Of a DNA stretch of 59,763 nucleotides, positions 19,954 to 28,975 are shown piece by piece. The position numbers were made by a program, and so were the translations under genes. Within the stretch, counting starts at the first letter, position 1; each line of letters starts with the position of its first letter. The DNA comes from a virus. The notes under the pieces are model-generated. The model was not told the origin of the DNA. It saw only the letters and a program-made list of their open reading frames with translations, and searched no databases. The DNA is taken from positions 74,764-134,526 of the IMG/VR virus record IMGVR_UViG_3300047496_000204; one strand, 5' to 3'.

Positions 19954-20270
19954 AGCATCAACCTCGCCATAATAGCGTCCATTTCATTTTTAAAGAAGAA
20001 AAATGCTTCATAATCGTCAAAAACACATATGTCTATATCTTTATTTTTTGACTTTTCTTTACGAAGAATAAAATAAGTCCATTCGTCTTGTATCTGGTGA
20101 ATAGTTTGGTCGTCAAAAAAACTTTTTTTTCTCGGTTCAAAATTGATATTATTGTCGCATGTGATGACGAAATTGAATGGGTATTTTTCCTTGAAGAAAG
20201 ACACATCTATATCGCGATAATCTATATTACCAAAAAAGATTTCCCAGCTAACAAATTTCGACAAACACAT
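19950..20270 (-). CDS. Small paralog-family hypothetical protein
   Basis: Ends FFKNEMDAIMARL. Confidence 0.55.
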   Translation of the reverse strand: MCLSKFVSWEIFFGNIDYRDIDVSFFKEKYPFNFVITCDNNINFEPRKKSFFDDQTIHQIQDEWTYFILRKEKSKNKDIDICVFDDYEAFFFFKNEMDAIMARLML

Positions 20271-20287
20271 CCATATATTTTATGATT

Positions 20288-20479
20288 TCAGGCTGTAATA
20301 GTCAATAAAAAAGAAGGGCCGGAACGACCATCCCGACCCTTACGATTATATTTGCTACCCTTCCCCTTTATAGGGGGTTGGGCATAGGTTCCGCTTCGCC
20401 GGTTGGAAAGCATGGCGTGAGCAATGGGATTTCGCGGTGTCGGGGCTTTACCCGTAATTTTCAAATCTCTGCGTTTCAT
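20288..20479 (-). CDS. arfA: ArfA-like alternative ribosome-rescue factor
   Basis: 63 aa basic; NPIA..L then KGKGSKYNRKG resembling the ArfA KGKGSYxRK motif; AAGGAG SD; intragenic terminator. Confidence 0.65.
   Translation of the reverse strand: MKRRDLKITGKAPTPRNPIAHAMLSNRRSGTYAQPPIKGKGSKYNRKGRDGRSGPSFLLTITA
20305..20341 (-). terminator. Intrinsic terminator inside the arfA-like ORF, upstream of its stop codon
   Basis: AAGGGUCGGGA-UGGUCG-UUCCGGCCCUU then CUUUUUU; stop codon at 20290-20288. Confidence 0.8.
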
Positions 20480-20526
20480 GACTATTCTCCTTTCAAAGTA
20501 TGATCTTATTTACTGTAAGAAAGGAA

Positions 20527-20826
20527 TCAAGTCAACCTAAGCTCTGGATTTTCATTCTTTATTTTTTCATGTGTATATGCCGCCGCCGCCACCATTTTCT
20601 TAGCTTCTTGTGGTGGCGCCATCTTAAATAATTCTTTTGCCTTCAAAGCTAATTCTTCATTAAGATTATCGAAACCAGTAATACCATTACATGAAGACCA
20701 AAACATCATGAAAGCGGCAAATAGTTCCGCATTTTCAAAATCCATATCTTCTGTATAAATCTTAGGGTCTAGAAATGTCATATTATCTTTCAGACTTTGT
20801 AAGTTTACGACGCAGAGCCGAAACAA
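20527..20826 (-). CDS. Hypothetical protein (start probably internal MTFLD)
   Basis: ORF in early operon. Confidence 0.55.
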   Translation of the reverse strand: MFRLCVVNLQSLKDNMTFLDPKIYTEDMDFENAELFAAFMMFWSSCNGITGFDNLNEELALKAKELFKMAPPQEAKKMVAAAAYTHEKIKNENPELRLT

Positions 20827-20980
20827 CTTCCGATATATCTTTATCCCAAAGATGAGAAATCATGACAACCGTTACCGAAGGAATTTCCTCCGGTTTGTCT
20901 TCTTCCATAAAAGTAGTATCATCATTCAGAGCAACCCATGCAAGGGCTTCATGATATCCAGGCCGAATTGACTTGGGCAT
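20783..20980 (-). CDS. Small hypothetical protein
   Basis: GAGG SD; A..W.ALND motif. Confidence 0.65.
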   Translation of the reverse strand: MPKSIRPGYHEALAWVALNDDTTFMEEDKPEEIPSVTVVMISHLWDKDISEVVSALRRKLTKSER

Positions 20981-20981
20981 C

Positions 20982-21371
20982 TTAATCCTCTGCTTCTGAC
21001 ATAGAGGTTAGATCACGACCAAATCGCCATTCACCTTGAGTCCAAACATACGCATAATATTCCGAAATATTAAGCAATGCTTCTTTAAGAGAAGGAAACA
21101 CTTCTCCGTCCACATCTTCTTCGCCGCGATCTCGACCATAATACACGGTCTGGCCTGGAACCTTGGTTTCGTAACTATGACCAGGGCAACCGTCGCAACG
21201 TGGCCCCAAGCTCGAAATATCTCCCAAAACAACAGCTTCCGCTTGTTCTTGGGTGGTATAATGTTCAACTAATGTTCGACCAATACCAGACGGATATCCG
21301 TCGAAATGAACATAGACTTTCTTAGCCGAACCATCTGATCGTTCGACAATGATGTTTGAATGCGTGCTCAT
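20982..21371 (-). CDS. Conserved phage hypothetical protein
   Basis: MST..I, VYVHFDGYP.G.G..L, YYGRDRGE, EY.Y.W. Confidence 0.75.
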   Translation of the reverse strand: MSTHSNIIVERSDGSAKKVYVHFDGYPSGIGRTLVEHYTTQEQAEAVVLGDISSLGPRCDGCPGHSYETKVPGQTVYYGRDRGEEDVDGEVFPSLKEALLNISEYYAYVWTQGEWRFGRDLTSMSEAED

Positions 21372-21480
21372 GATGCCAACCTTTCACGAAAAGGACTATC
21401 CACAAATCCATTCACGAGTCTGTTCATAATTTTTCTCCTAAGAAATTATGAAAATCAATTTACCATATTTTCGTTGACTG

Positions 21481-21879
21481 TCAATCCATTTTTCGAACAA
21501 GAGTTACCTGTCTTTTGCGCACACGACGAGCAATAGTTTCCTGAAGGCTTACTGATGGCCCAGCTTTCAAATCAAAATCCTTACGACTAAAGTGTTTTAT
21601 GTAGGGCCTAAAGAGTTTTGTTTTGTCCTTCAAGAAAATATGAATAGGAACTTGACGATTACTTTCCCACCACCATTGTTGCCCTAATTCCAAAAACAAT
21701 GGTCTTAACTCAGCCGGGATCATATCTAAAGAATATAGAGATATTAGTTGATTATCCGAATTTAAAATAATTCCTAAATATGGAACATCTAACATAATAC
21801 CATAACTCAAAAAAGGAAACTTTTCGAGAATAGCTTTTATGTCATCATTTATACCATCATTGTCCATTAATTTATCCAA
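21481..21879 (-). CDS. Conserved jumbo-phage hypothetical protein
   Basis: KFPFLS, WWWESNRQVPI motifs. Confidence 0.75.
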   Translation of the reverse strand: MDKLMDNDGINDDIKAILEKFPFLSYGIMLDVPYLGIILNSDNQLISLYSLDMIPAELRPLFLELGQQWWWESNRQVPIHIFLKDKTKLFRPYIKHFSRKDFDLKAGPSVSLQETIARRVRKRQVTLVRKMD

Positions 21880-21956
21880 TTTTTACTCCGCATTATATTG
21901 CTATTTGAAAGTGTCATTATTTAGTCTTATAAAAAATCATATAGAATAAATAATAC

Positions 21957-24362
21957 ATGCGCTATTCTGAACTCAAAGAATCGAAATATTTTCCAGTTGA
22001 AATACGCGGAACTAGACTAGACGTTATTAAAAATCCTAATCATAATGATATTTTAAGATTATTTGCCGCTATTAGAAAATATCTTAGGAATAGTAATCCA
22101 AAATTAAATGAAGAAGCAAGAGGGTTATTATTTGATGATGGCGATCTATATGTTTGGAATGCTTATGAAGCTTCACATGATCAAATTGCAGGAGCTTTAA
22201 AATTATATGATTTTTGCGATAATCTCTACTTTAGTTCTCCAACTACCGTGACTGCATCACATGATTCTGAAATACAACGTAAAATGGATTCTCCAAAATT
22301 TGATAATCTGCGTATCGCTTTAGGCGTTAGAGCTAATGTACTAAAAGAATATCAAAAAATGGAAATAGCCACTATTCCTGGAAAAATATACAAAAAATCA
22401 GTTCCAGTATGGATTAATCCTAGTCGAAAAGAATTGGACAAATTAATTGGTAAATTCAAAATAGGTAAAAGTTATAATAAAGATGATGGATACGCACGCG
22501 GAATAGTAGACACCAAAGGAAATATATTTGTATGGGATTCTTATGAAGCAGAGCACAACCAAATAATACGTAATATGGGCATCGATCCGTTATATCTGTT
22601 CTATATAATAGATACAACTCCTACTGGAATACTGGTCTATGATTTATATAATGATCTTGTTCCACTTGAAAAGATTAGCTTTCCACACTTCAAAGAAATT
22701 TGTAAAGGAAAACTTTCAGAAAGTATTGAAATTCTTCCTATATCATATGGGCCACATCAAAAAAAAGACATAACCGTTTGGAAAAACGAACCAAATCTTG
22801 AAGCTATAATGAAAAAAACTGGAAATAGTGTAAGAGGCATCGTGGATTCACAAGGTAATCTATATGTTTGGGATGAATACGACGCAACGCATTTCGAGAT
22901 AAAAGAAGTTTTAGAAAAAGGTGGAGCGATTACTGAAGAAGATTTGTGGAATGAAAATAATGGTATCAAAATATATTGCGCGCGTGATAAACAATACTAT
23001 GTAGCTCCGAATGGTGTTTATGGTCAACATACCTTTGACGATCCTAAGGTTCCAGAGTTCATTCGAAATGCTTTAGTTAAGATCAAGAAGCCAAAAATCA
23101 CTGAAGGCAAAGTAGAATTTGTTTCGATTAAAGGAATAACCACCAAAGTATTGAAAAATCCGTCTAATACAGAATTGTTAAATCTCATTAACAATATTGA
23201 AGTATTCAAAAATACTGGTATTGGGAAAATTAAAGGTATTATTGACAATAAAAAAGACTTATATGTTTGGGATGCTTATCTAGCTCATCATAATCAAATA
23301 AAATTTATGTTAGCTTTAAATGTTCAGTGTAATGTTTACATAGAATATTATTCAAAAGAAAATAATTTTGTTTATAACGCTTTTCGAAAAGAATATGACG
23401 CTCCTAAAAATGCTATTGTTTTTCCTTCTTTTCGAAAAGCGTTGAATTTACAAAAACTTGCAGAAGGCCGATTAGAAGATTTCAAAAAATTAGCCGATGA
23501 TCAGCGATATCGTCCGGAACTGGCGATGCTTGATGCTCAAAAAGTTTTACATAATTATCCAAATGGCGCCTCTTTAGGATATGCGCTTGAACATGTTGGT
23601 GACTTGACTCATCGCATGTCTCAACGATTCTGCGAGCGCATGGGATATGGTGAAGAATGGGTTGCTCCAAAAGTTAAAATTGGTTTACAATACTTGAAAA
23701 ATATTCCTGATACGGAAGCAGCGATGGCTATTCCAGACCTTCCAGAGTTGAAAACCTACGCAACTGAACATGCTAAGCTAAAAGTCTACAACGCGGTTCA
23801 GAAGGCCGCTAGAGATGCCGCTGTTGCCTTAGGATATCGCAAATTCAATTTGGCAAGAAAAAACTTGGAATATCTTCAAGGATTAATCGATAGCGGTAAA
23901 TATCAAGAAGAAGCCGCAAAGTATGAATTAACCGAAACAGCCCAGCCCTTCTACAGAGGTTTTTGGATCACCGACAAAGGAGAAATTTTGAATTGTGATT
24001 ATGAAAACGATATTCATCATGCCGATTTGCTGGTTAATTACTTCAAGATAAAACAACATAGAGATAAAGACAACGATATTAATTGGGATGAATATTATGG
24101 AAATACTGATCTTGCTTTAAAGCATGGATGGGTACGATGCTCTATATCTGGAAATAAACTAAACATTCAAATGGTAGGTCCGTTAAGTAAAGCAGCAGAT
24201 CACTGTTTACTTGATTGGGTGTCGAAATATGGAAAAATGTTTGGCGGTCTCTTTATTGAGAATCCGTATACCAAAGAAACTACAAAATATTTTGATCGAA
24301 ATAAATTCTATTCTGAAATAAAAAAGCGAATATCGGGGAGGAAGGCAGATGAAGTTAACTGA
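21957..24362 (+). CDS. Six-module late polyprotein (4x YVW-H domain, helical module, GFW-HH domain), leader MRYSELKE
   Basis: Four NP..(R/K)G..D...(Y/F)VW..Y.A.H..I repeats; modules separated by LKE, LSE, ITE, LAE, LTE. Confidence 0.85.
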   Translation: MRYSELKESKYFPVEIRGTRLDVIKNPNHNDILRLFAAIRKYLRNSNPKLNEEARGLLFDDGDLYVWNAYEASHDQIAGALKLYDFCDNLYFSSPTTVTASHDSEIQRKMDSPKFDNLRIALGVRANVLKEYQKMEIATIPGKIYKKSVPVWINPSRKELDKLIGKFKIGKSYNKDDGYARGIVDTKGNIFVWDSYEAEHNQIIRNMGIDPLYLFYIIDTTPTGILVYDLYNDLVPLEKISFPHFKEICKGKLSESIEILPISYGPHQKKDITVWKNEPNLEAIMKKTGNSVRGIVDSQGNLYVWDEYDATHFEIKEVLEKGGAITEEDLWNENNGIKIYCARDKQYYVAPNGVYGQHTFDDPKVPEFIRNALVKIKKPKITEGKVEFVSIKGITTKVLKNPSNTELLNLINNIEVFKNTGIGKIKGIIDNKKDLYVWDAYLAHHNQIKFMLALNVQCNVYIEYYSKENNFVYNAFRKEYDAPKNAIVFPSFRKALNLQKLAEGRLEDFKKLADDQRYRPELAMLDAQKVLHNYPNGASLGYALEHVGDLTHRMSQRFCERMGYGEEWVAPKVKIGLQYLKNIPDTEAAMAIPDLPELKTYATEHAKLKVYNAVQKAARDAAVALGYRKFNLARKNLEYLQGLIDSGKYQEEAAKYELTETAQPFYRGFWITDKGEILNCDYENDIHHADLLVNYFKIKQHRDKDNDINWDEYYGNTDLALKHGWVRCSISGNKLNIQMVGPLSKAADHCLLDWVSKYGKMFGGLFIENPYTKETTKYFDRNKFYSEIKKRISGRKADEVN

Positions 24363-25254
24363 TATCTTTTCTTCCGATAGACCCATTATGGAAATGGCTT
24401 ATGGTGGAATAAACAATGAAAGCAGTGCTCCTAACATAAGAGGTTTTTGGATAACCGACAAAGGTGAATTTATCAGTTGTGATTATGATAATGATAAACA
24501 TCATGGGGATTTATTAAATAATCATTTCGATCTTCCATCAGTTAGAAAGACTCAAAATCATTTTGATTGGAATATCTATGAAAAAAATATAGTTGTAGCA
24601 TTACAACACGGTTGGGTTCGATGTTCTTCTTCAACTCGTGATATCAATATTCAATGGGTTGATCCTTTAAGCCAAGAAACTAAAAAAACATTGCTTAAAT
24701 GGATATCAGAATATGGCAAGATGTTTGAAGTAATGCATATCGATAAGCCATATTCTACTGGTAGTGATTACTATAAAGAACCTACTAAATTTTATGCTAT
24801 ACTTAAAACTTTGTTGGAGAAACAACACAAATTAAAAGAATACAAAATAGAAAAAGCCGAAGTTGGTAAAAACAACCGAGAGATAACAATCTATAAAAAT
24901 CCAAACTACAAAGAAATGCAAGAATTGTATGATAAGGTGTTGAAGACTACGGAAATTCGCGGATTGCTTGATGATAGTGGGATATTATATGTATGGAAAG
25001 CGTATGAAGCCAATCATGATTCCGTTGCATTGAGTTTGGGTGTAAAAATGAAACTTCGTCTCTATATGGACAAACCTGATAGAACTATTGGATATCGTCC
25101 AGGCGATGTTTTAGAACGGCCAGTTCTCATGTCAAAAGAACTATTAACTAAGTATCCCATGTTAGCTCGCGCTATTAAACCTAGAACTATACGCGAAGAA
25201 TTTGAATCTCCGGAACGGTTTGCCGAATTGGCCAAGAGATGCAGCAATACGTAA
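24349..25254 (+). CDS. Late polyprotein: GFW-HH domain + YVW-H domain, leader MKLTDIF
   Basis: Paralogous modules to 21957 gene in swapped order. Confidence 0.8.
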   Translation: MKLTDIFSSDRPIMEMAYGGINNESSAPNIRGFWITDKGEFISCDYDNDKHHGDLLNNHFDLPSVRKTQNHFDWNIYEKNIVVALQHGWVRCSSSTRDINIQWVDPLSQETKKTLLKWISEYGKMFEVMHIDKPYSTGSDYYKEPTKFYAILKTLLEKQHKLKEYKIEKAEVGKNNREITIYKNPNYKEMQELYDKVLKTTEIRGLLDDSGILYVWKAYEANHDSVALSLGVKMKLRLYMDKPDRTIGYRPGDVLERPVLMSKELLTKYPMLARAIKPRTIREEFESPERFAELAKRCSNT

Positions 25255-25765
25255 AACTGACGGAATGGACGTTCTGTATCGTGGTCATTACGATGAAGAA
25301 ATTAATGATAATTCTTTCATGACCGATTGGGTTGGGCATGCTTCTGGTGGAGAGGGAAAAATTGATGCCTTCGCATATGATCCAAATGATGTGTTATACT
25401 TTAATGATGCCCAATTTGAACTTATGCGAAACAGTATTAAAAGGTTTTCAGACAAACGACTTGAAGTTGTCTATAAAGCCGCTCTTGTCGGAAATCGTCA
25501 TGCTGACTATTTGATGGGTGATTTTCATTTAGTAAAGGAAGTATTGAGAGGGAACAAACCATATTCTAAGATTTCCGATAGTCCGCATTTGAATGATCCA
25601 ATTGTTCCACTCTTGCAAGCTTATGCTCGGGAGAAAGGTAAGAATATTATTGCTTTCAACGGAAATGATTATGCGGACTATGGAGGGCAGACCGAGTATG
25701 TTGTTGGATCGGTTTCTAAGCTGATCAATCTCCGCGAACTTTATACGAAAATTAAAAATAAGTGA
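25202..25765 (+). CDS. LYRG-type ART-like module, probably frameshifted continuation of 24349 gene
   Basis: VLYRGH, SFMT, terminal QTEYVV; overlap begins just after an IRE linker. Confidence 0.5.
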   Translation: MNLRNGLPNWPRDAAIRKTDGMDVLYRGHYDEEINDNSFMTDWVGHASGGEGKIDAFAYDPNDVLYFNDAQFELMRNSIKRFSDKRLEVVYKAALVGNRHADYLMGDFHLVKEVLRGNKPYSKISDSPHLNDPIVPLLQAYAREKGKNIIAFNGNDYADYGGQTEYVVGSVSKLINLRELYTKIKNK

Positions 25766-26461
25766 TTATTCATCATCCCAAGGTAAACTACCCCAACCAT
25801 CTTGGTCTGTATCCGCATAAGGATCAATTATGACTGGTGTATTCCCACGTTTCATTACATTTGCTGGATGAATATCAATAAAGGTAGTTGGTCCAGCTTT
25901 TCCTACTATTTGTCGAATTGTATCAAGTAACTCTTTTTGTTCTTCTGTTAAATCCCATAATTCATATTCGTTAAAACCATTTTTTGCAATATTTGTTAAA
26001 GTTTTAATTTTATTATTCGCAAATTCTTGATAGGTTATTGGTTCTAATCGTTCTATACGAATCATTTTGGCATTATCTGTTAACTTGGCTGGCGAACCCC
26101 TGAATTTTGGTAGAAATTTGTTTTCTGGATGTTTCTTACAAAAATTAATAAAACGATCATATTGAGGATCGTTATAAATTTTTAGAACTTTGTCGTTCCC
26201 ATCTTTGGCGAATACATAACTATATTCTCCGGAGCCAATTTCTTTATACCCAAACTTTTTCATATATTCTGAAATGTTTCTTGGATTTTTCAAAACCGCT
26301 AAGTGTTGCTTAACGCCAGCCAGTTCCGTAATGGGAGCCTTTGGCTTGAAATAGCCTTTTGGATCGACCATTTTATTTGCTTTTTTACGGTCAATTTCAC
26401 CGTTTGCCTTGGTCGCACTGGCAATGGTTTCAAATTCAGAAATGATTTCGTGATATCGCAT
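25766..26461 (-). CDS. Protein kinase-like enzyme, leader MRYHEIISE (paralog of 3492 gene)
   Basis: GSGEYSYVF, VLKI, DIHPANVM, IIDP. Confidence 0.82.
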   Translation of the reverse strand: MRYHEIISEFETIASATKANGEIDRKKANKMVDPKGYFKPKAPITELAGVKQHLAVLKNPRNISEYMKKFGYKEIGSGEYSYVFAKDGNDKVLKIYNDPQYDRFINFCKKHPENKFLPKFRGSPAKLTDNAKMIRIERLEPITYQEFANNKIKTLTNIAKNGFNEYELWDLTEEQKELLDTIRQIVGKAGPTTFIDIHPANVMKRGNTPVIIDPYADTDQDGWGSLPWDDE

Positions 26462-26489
26462 ATAGTATTTATAAAAAGTGGATGCGCGA

Positions 26490-26735
26490 TCTAATGAATC
26501 TTATTGAGAATGCTCTGAAGATGGAGCTTGAAGTAGTGGAAGATGTAGCATATCTCCCACTACTCCAAAGAAAAAGTAGACCTTTCAGCTACTTTTTCTT
26601 ATTCTGACGGCCTAGACCGCCAACCTTTTCAAGAAAGGTAAGAGGGAACGCTCCGAAAAGCGTTCCCTATTCTCACTTAATACTAAGAGAATAAGCATGT
26701 CAAATACTAACATGCTTCCTTTGAAGAAAGAATAT
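26490..26735 (-). ncRNA. Candidate multi-hairpin non-coding RNA (at least 7 abutting stems)
   Basis: Back-to-back stems up to ~12-17 bp; UUCG and GAAA tetraloops and G-U pairs on minus strand. Confidence 0.6.
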
Positions 26736-26739
26736 TACC

Positions 26740-26945
26740 CTATCCTTCTTCAATCTGACGGCTTTCGCCGCCAACATCCCGATTTAAGGCCGAGATAGTT
26801 CCTGCGGCACGCTTTGCAATAGAATGCCGATATTGTTTGGAGATGACCAAATCCGGATGGGCATCACAGGTGTTTTTGATAGCACCTTCGATGATTCTTA
26901 GCAATAGGGCTTGTGATGGCGTTGCTCGTTTAGGAGAGTGGTCAT
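26740..26945 (-). pseudogene. Small gene with a one-base deletion after codon 4
   Basis: ATG coupled to upstream stop is out of frame with KRATPSQ...AKRAAGT body; one extra C restores MTTLPKR. Confidence 0.55.
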
Positions 26946-27091
26946 TCCTTTTCCGCTCTATCCTTTTTAGGTTTGGGTGTCTTGCACAGTAGAGGAAAAT
27001 TGTGACGATGCCGTGCTTCACCCATTGCACTACGAGCCACGTGGCCGCAGGAACAGGTAAGTTGTGCTCGATCTAGCCAATGTCTTGCCAT
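26942..27091 (-). CDS. 49-aa Cys/His-rich peptide (possible zinc finger), absent from ORF track
   Basis: MARHWLDRAQLTCSCGH...RHRHNFPLLC; fills operon gap with ATGA overlap. Confidence 0.55.
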   Translation of the reverse strand: MARHWLDRAQLTCSCGHVARSAMGEARHRHNFPLLCKTPKPKKDRAEKE

Positions 27092-27093
27092 CG

Positions 27094-27378
27094 TTAAACA
27101 ATCTCCAAGATAGCCAGAGCGCGCCGCTGAATTTCCTTTATGATCAAGTGATCGTCATCAAACGCTGGATCATAACTGGCAAGAATCGCTAGGATAAACC
27201 GCATATTAGGTGCGAGGGTAATCAAATTGGCATTGGCTTCTGCAACTTCATCGTATTGCGCGCCTTCAGCGTAGACCTTTGCAATATGACGCCGACTTGA
27301 GGAAGAAATACGGATATTACCCGGATGGTCCGCATCACGAACCTTTATCCATTGTCCAACACTATGCTTAGCAATCAT
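27094..27378 (-). CDS. Phage hypothetical protein (EANAxLIxxAP family)
   Basis: KHS.G.W, IA.V, EANANLITLAP. Confidence 0.7.
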   Translation of the reverse strand: MIAKHSVGQWIKVRDADHPGNIRISSSSRRHIAKVYAEGAQYDEVAEANANLITLAPNMRFILAILASYDPAFDDDHLIIKEIQRRALAILEIV

Positions 27379-27449
27379 TATCGCTCTCCATTTAATGCTT
27401 ATGATTTTTTGTATCACTTTTTTTATTTCTGTCAAGCATAAATAATGGA

Positions 27450-28349
27450 ATGACCGCTACCGTTGAAATTTACAATATGCCAAAAGTCACAACGCTGACG
27501 CTTGTGAGTAGTGGAACAGGAGCCAGCCAAATGAATTATCCTATGAATACAACAGAAATTAGCTTATTAAAAGGTGTAACCAACGACGTTTATTTTTTCG
27601 TAAAAGATGTTGATCGCAAACCAGTCACCGCAAATGCTATGGCGAATGCCAATATCAGCAATGTTCGTATTGTTATAACAGACCCTAATGCTACTGGTAA
27701 TGCCGCTTTATTATTAGGTTCTCAACTTCCACCAATGGCAGGAGACCCAAGCTATCTTGTTCCAGCACCAAATATTGATGCCGCCAAAGGATGTTGGATG
27801 TTTACGGCTAACTCATCATTAACGTATGATTGGCCTATTTCTGCTTTAAATTACAGTATTATTTGTGATAGAATTTCTGGTGGTCCAGTCATGTTATATA
27901 CAGATAGAAACTATAATCCAAAAAGTAATATATACATGCTTCCTGGACCTTTTCCGGGACCATCGGAAACAATTTATGTTAGCAATAATGCGTTTGTTCA
28001 ACAAGGCATGAGTATATTCAGTGGTCCTTATCCCGGAGCAGCACAGATAGGAAATCTAAGTGGACAACATAGTATGGTAGCAAACGTGGCTATGTTCACA
28101 GGAAGTATTTCAGTACAAGCGTCTTTAGAAAATCAAGCTCCAACTGAAGATACTGATTGGTTTGAAGGAAATATTACTTCCACAACCGCCGGAACTATAA
28201 CAAATCCTGGAACGGTAACAATTAATGTTGATCAATCTGATCCAGTTTATATTTCTTTCCAAGGAAATTACATGTGGGTTAGATTTATTGTCTACAATAA
28301 TGTCATGGGCGGCGGCTATTTCTTTAATTTAGACTATAGAAATGATTAA
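27450..28349 (+). CDS. Probable virion structural protein
   Basis: Late promoter, beta-rich, KGVTN..F.VKD.DRKP. Confidence 0.65.
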   Translation: MTATVEIYNMPKVTTLTLVSSGTGASQMNYPMNTTEISLLKGVTNDVYFFVKDVDRKPVTANAMANANISNVRIVITDPNATGNAALLLGSQLPPMAGDPSYLVPAPNIDAAKGCWMFTANSSLTYDWPISALNYSIICDRISGGPVMLYTDRNYNPKSNIYMLPGPFPGPSETIYVSNNAFVQQGMSIFSGPYPGAAQIGNLSGQHSMVANVAMFTGSISVQASLENQAPTEDTDWFEGNITSTTAGTITNPGTVTINVDQSDPVYISFQGNYMWVRFIVYNNVMGGGYFFNLDYRND

Positions 28350-28928
28350 CTACACAACACCAATACCGTCACATCCAGGACAAATACCTCCATCTGGATC
28401 AATATATCTAGGGCATTCACCTGTACCATCGCAAGTAATACAGGTATGTTTAGGTACATATTCGGATTTAGGTTTTGGTTTAAAACTATAAGAAGAAACA
28501 CTCGGTGGATTATTTTTATCACCCAATGCATATCTAACATTTATGGTATCTAAATTTTCTACACTATTATTGGTATATTGTGTCATTTTGACTTTACCTT
28601 CGTAATCTTCAAAATAAACACCAAAAGATGAAATGGGTTTCAAACCAAGGGCTGGTCTCATTCCCATATGTGGAGCATCGAAACCGTTCCAAACATAAAG
28701 ATCACCTGATGTTTTGTCAATTAATCCGCGCACATCTTCATTTTGTCCACTGTCATCATATCGATCTTTGTTTTCTTCTTTAGCCGTTTGACATAATTTA
28801 AGCAATTCTCGATTCGATGGATTTATGAAGACTTTAACTTCAACACCGTAAACGGTTACTTTCTCAATCTTAAATTCATTAAGAATTTGTATACTTTCAA
28901 TAAGGTTGATGAGCGAACGCATATCCAT
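28350..28928 (-). CDS. YVW-H domain + DnaJ-type CxxCxGxG zinc finger, leader MRSLINLIE
   Basis: INPS..VRGLID..GDLYVWN..APH; CITCDGTG, CPGCDGIG. Confidence 0.78.
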   Translation of the reverse strand: MDMRSLINLIESIQILNEFKIEKVTVYGVEVKVFINPSNRELLKLCQTAKEENKDRYDDSGQNEDVRGLIDKTSGDLYVWNGFDAPHMGMRPALGLKPISSFGVYFEDYEGKVKMTQYTNNSVENLDTINVRYALGDKNNPPSVSSYSFKPKPKSEYVPKHTCITCDGTGECPRYIDPDGGICPGCDGIGVV

Positions 28929-28975
28929 ATTTTTATTTATCTTGACGTTGCTATTAAAATTTCATATATTATGAT

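Noticed and set aside
26490-26735. CRISPR array
   Set aside because: Hairpins differ in sequence; no repeat-spacer periodicity and no cas operon
26946-27030. N-terminal part of tracked ORF 26740..27030
   Set aside because: Overlaps a better 49-aa ORF in another frame; probably an artefact of the one-base deletion
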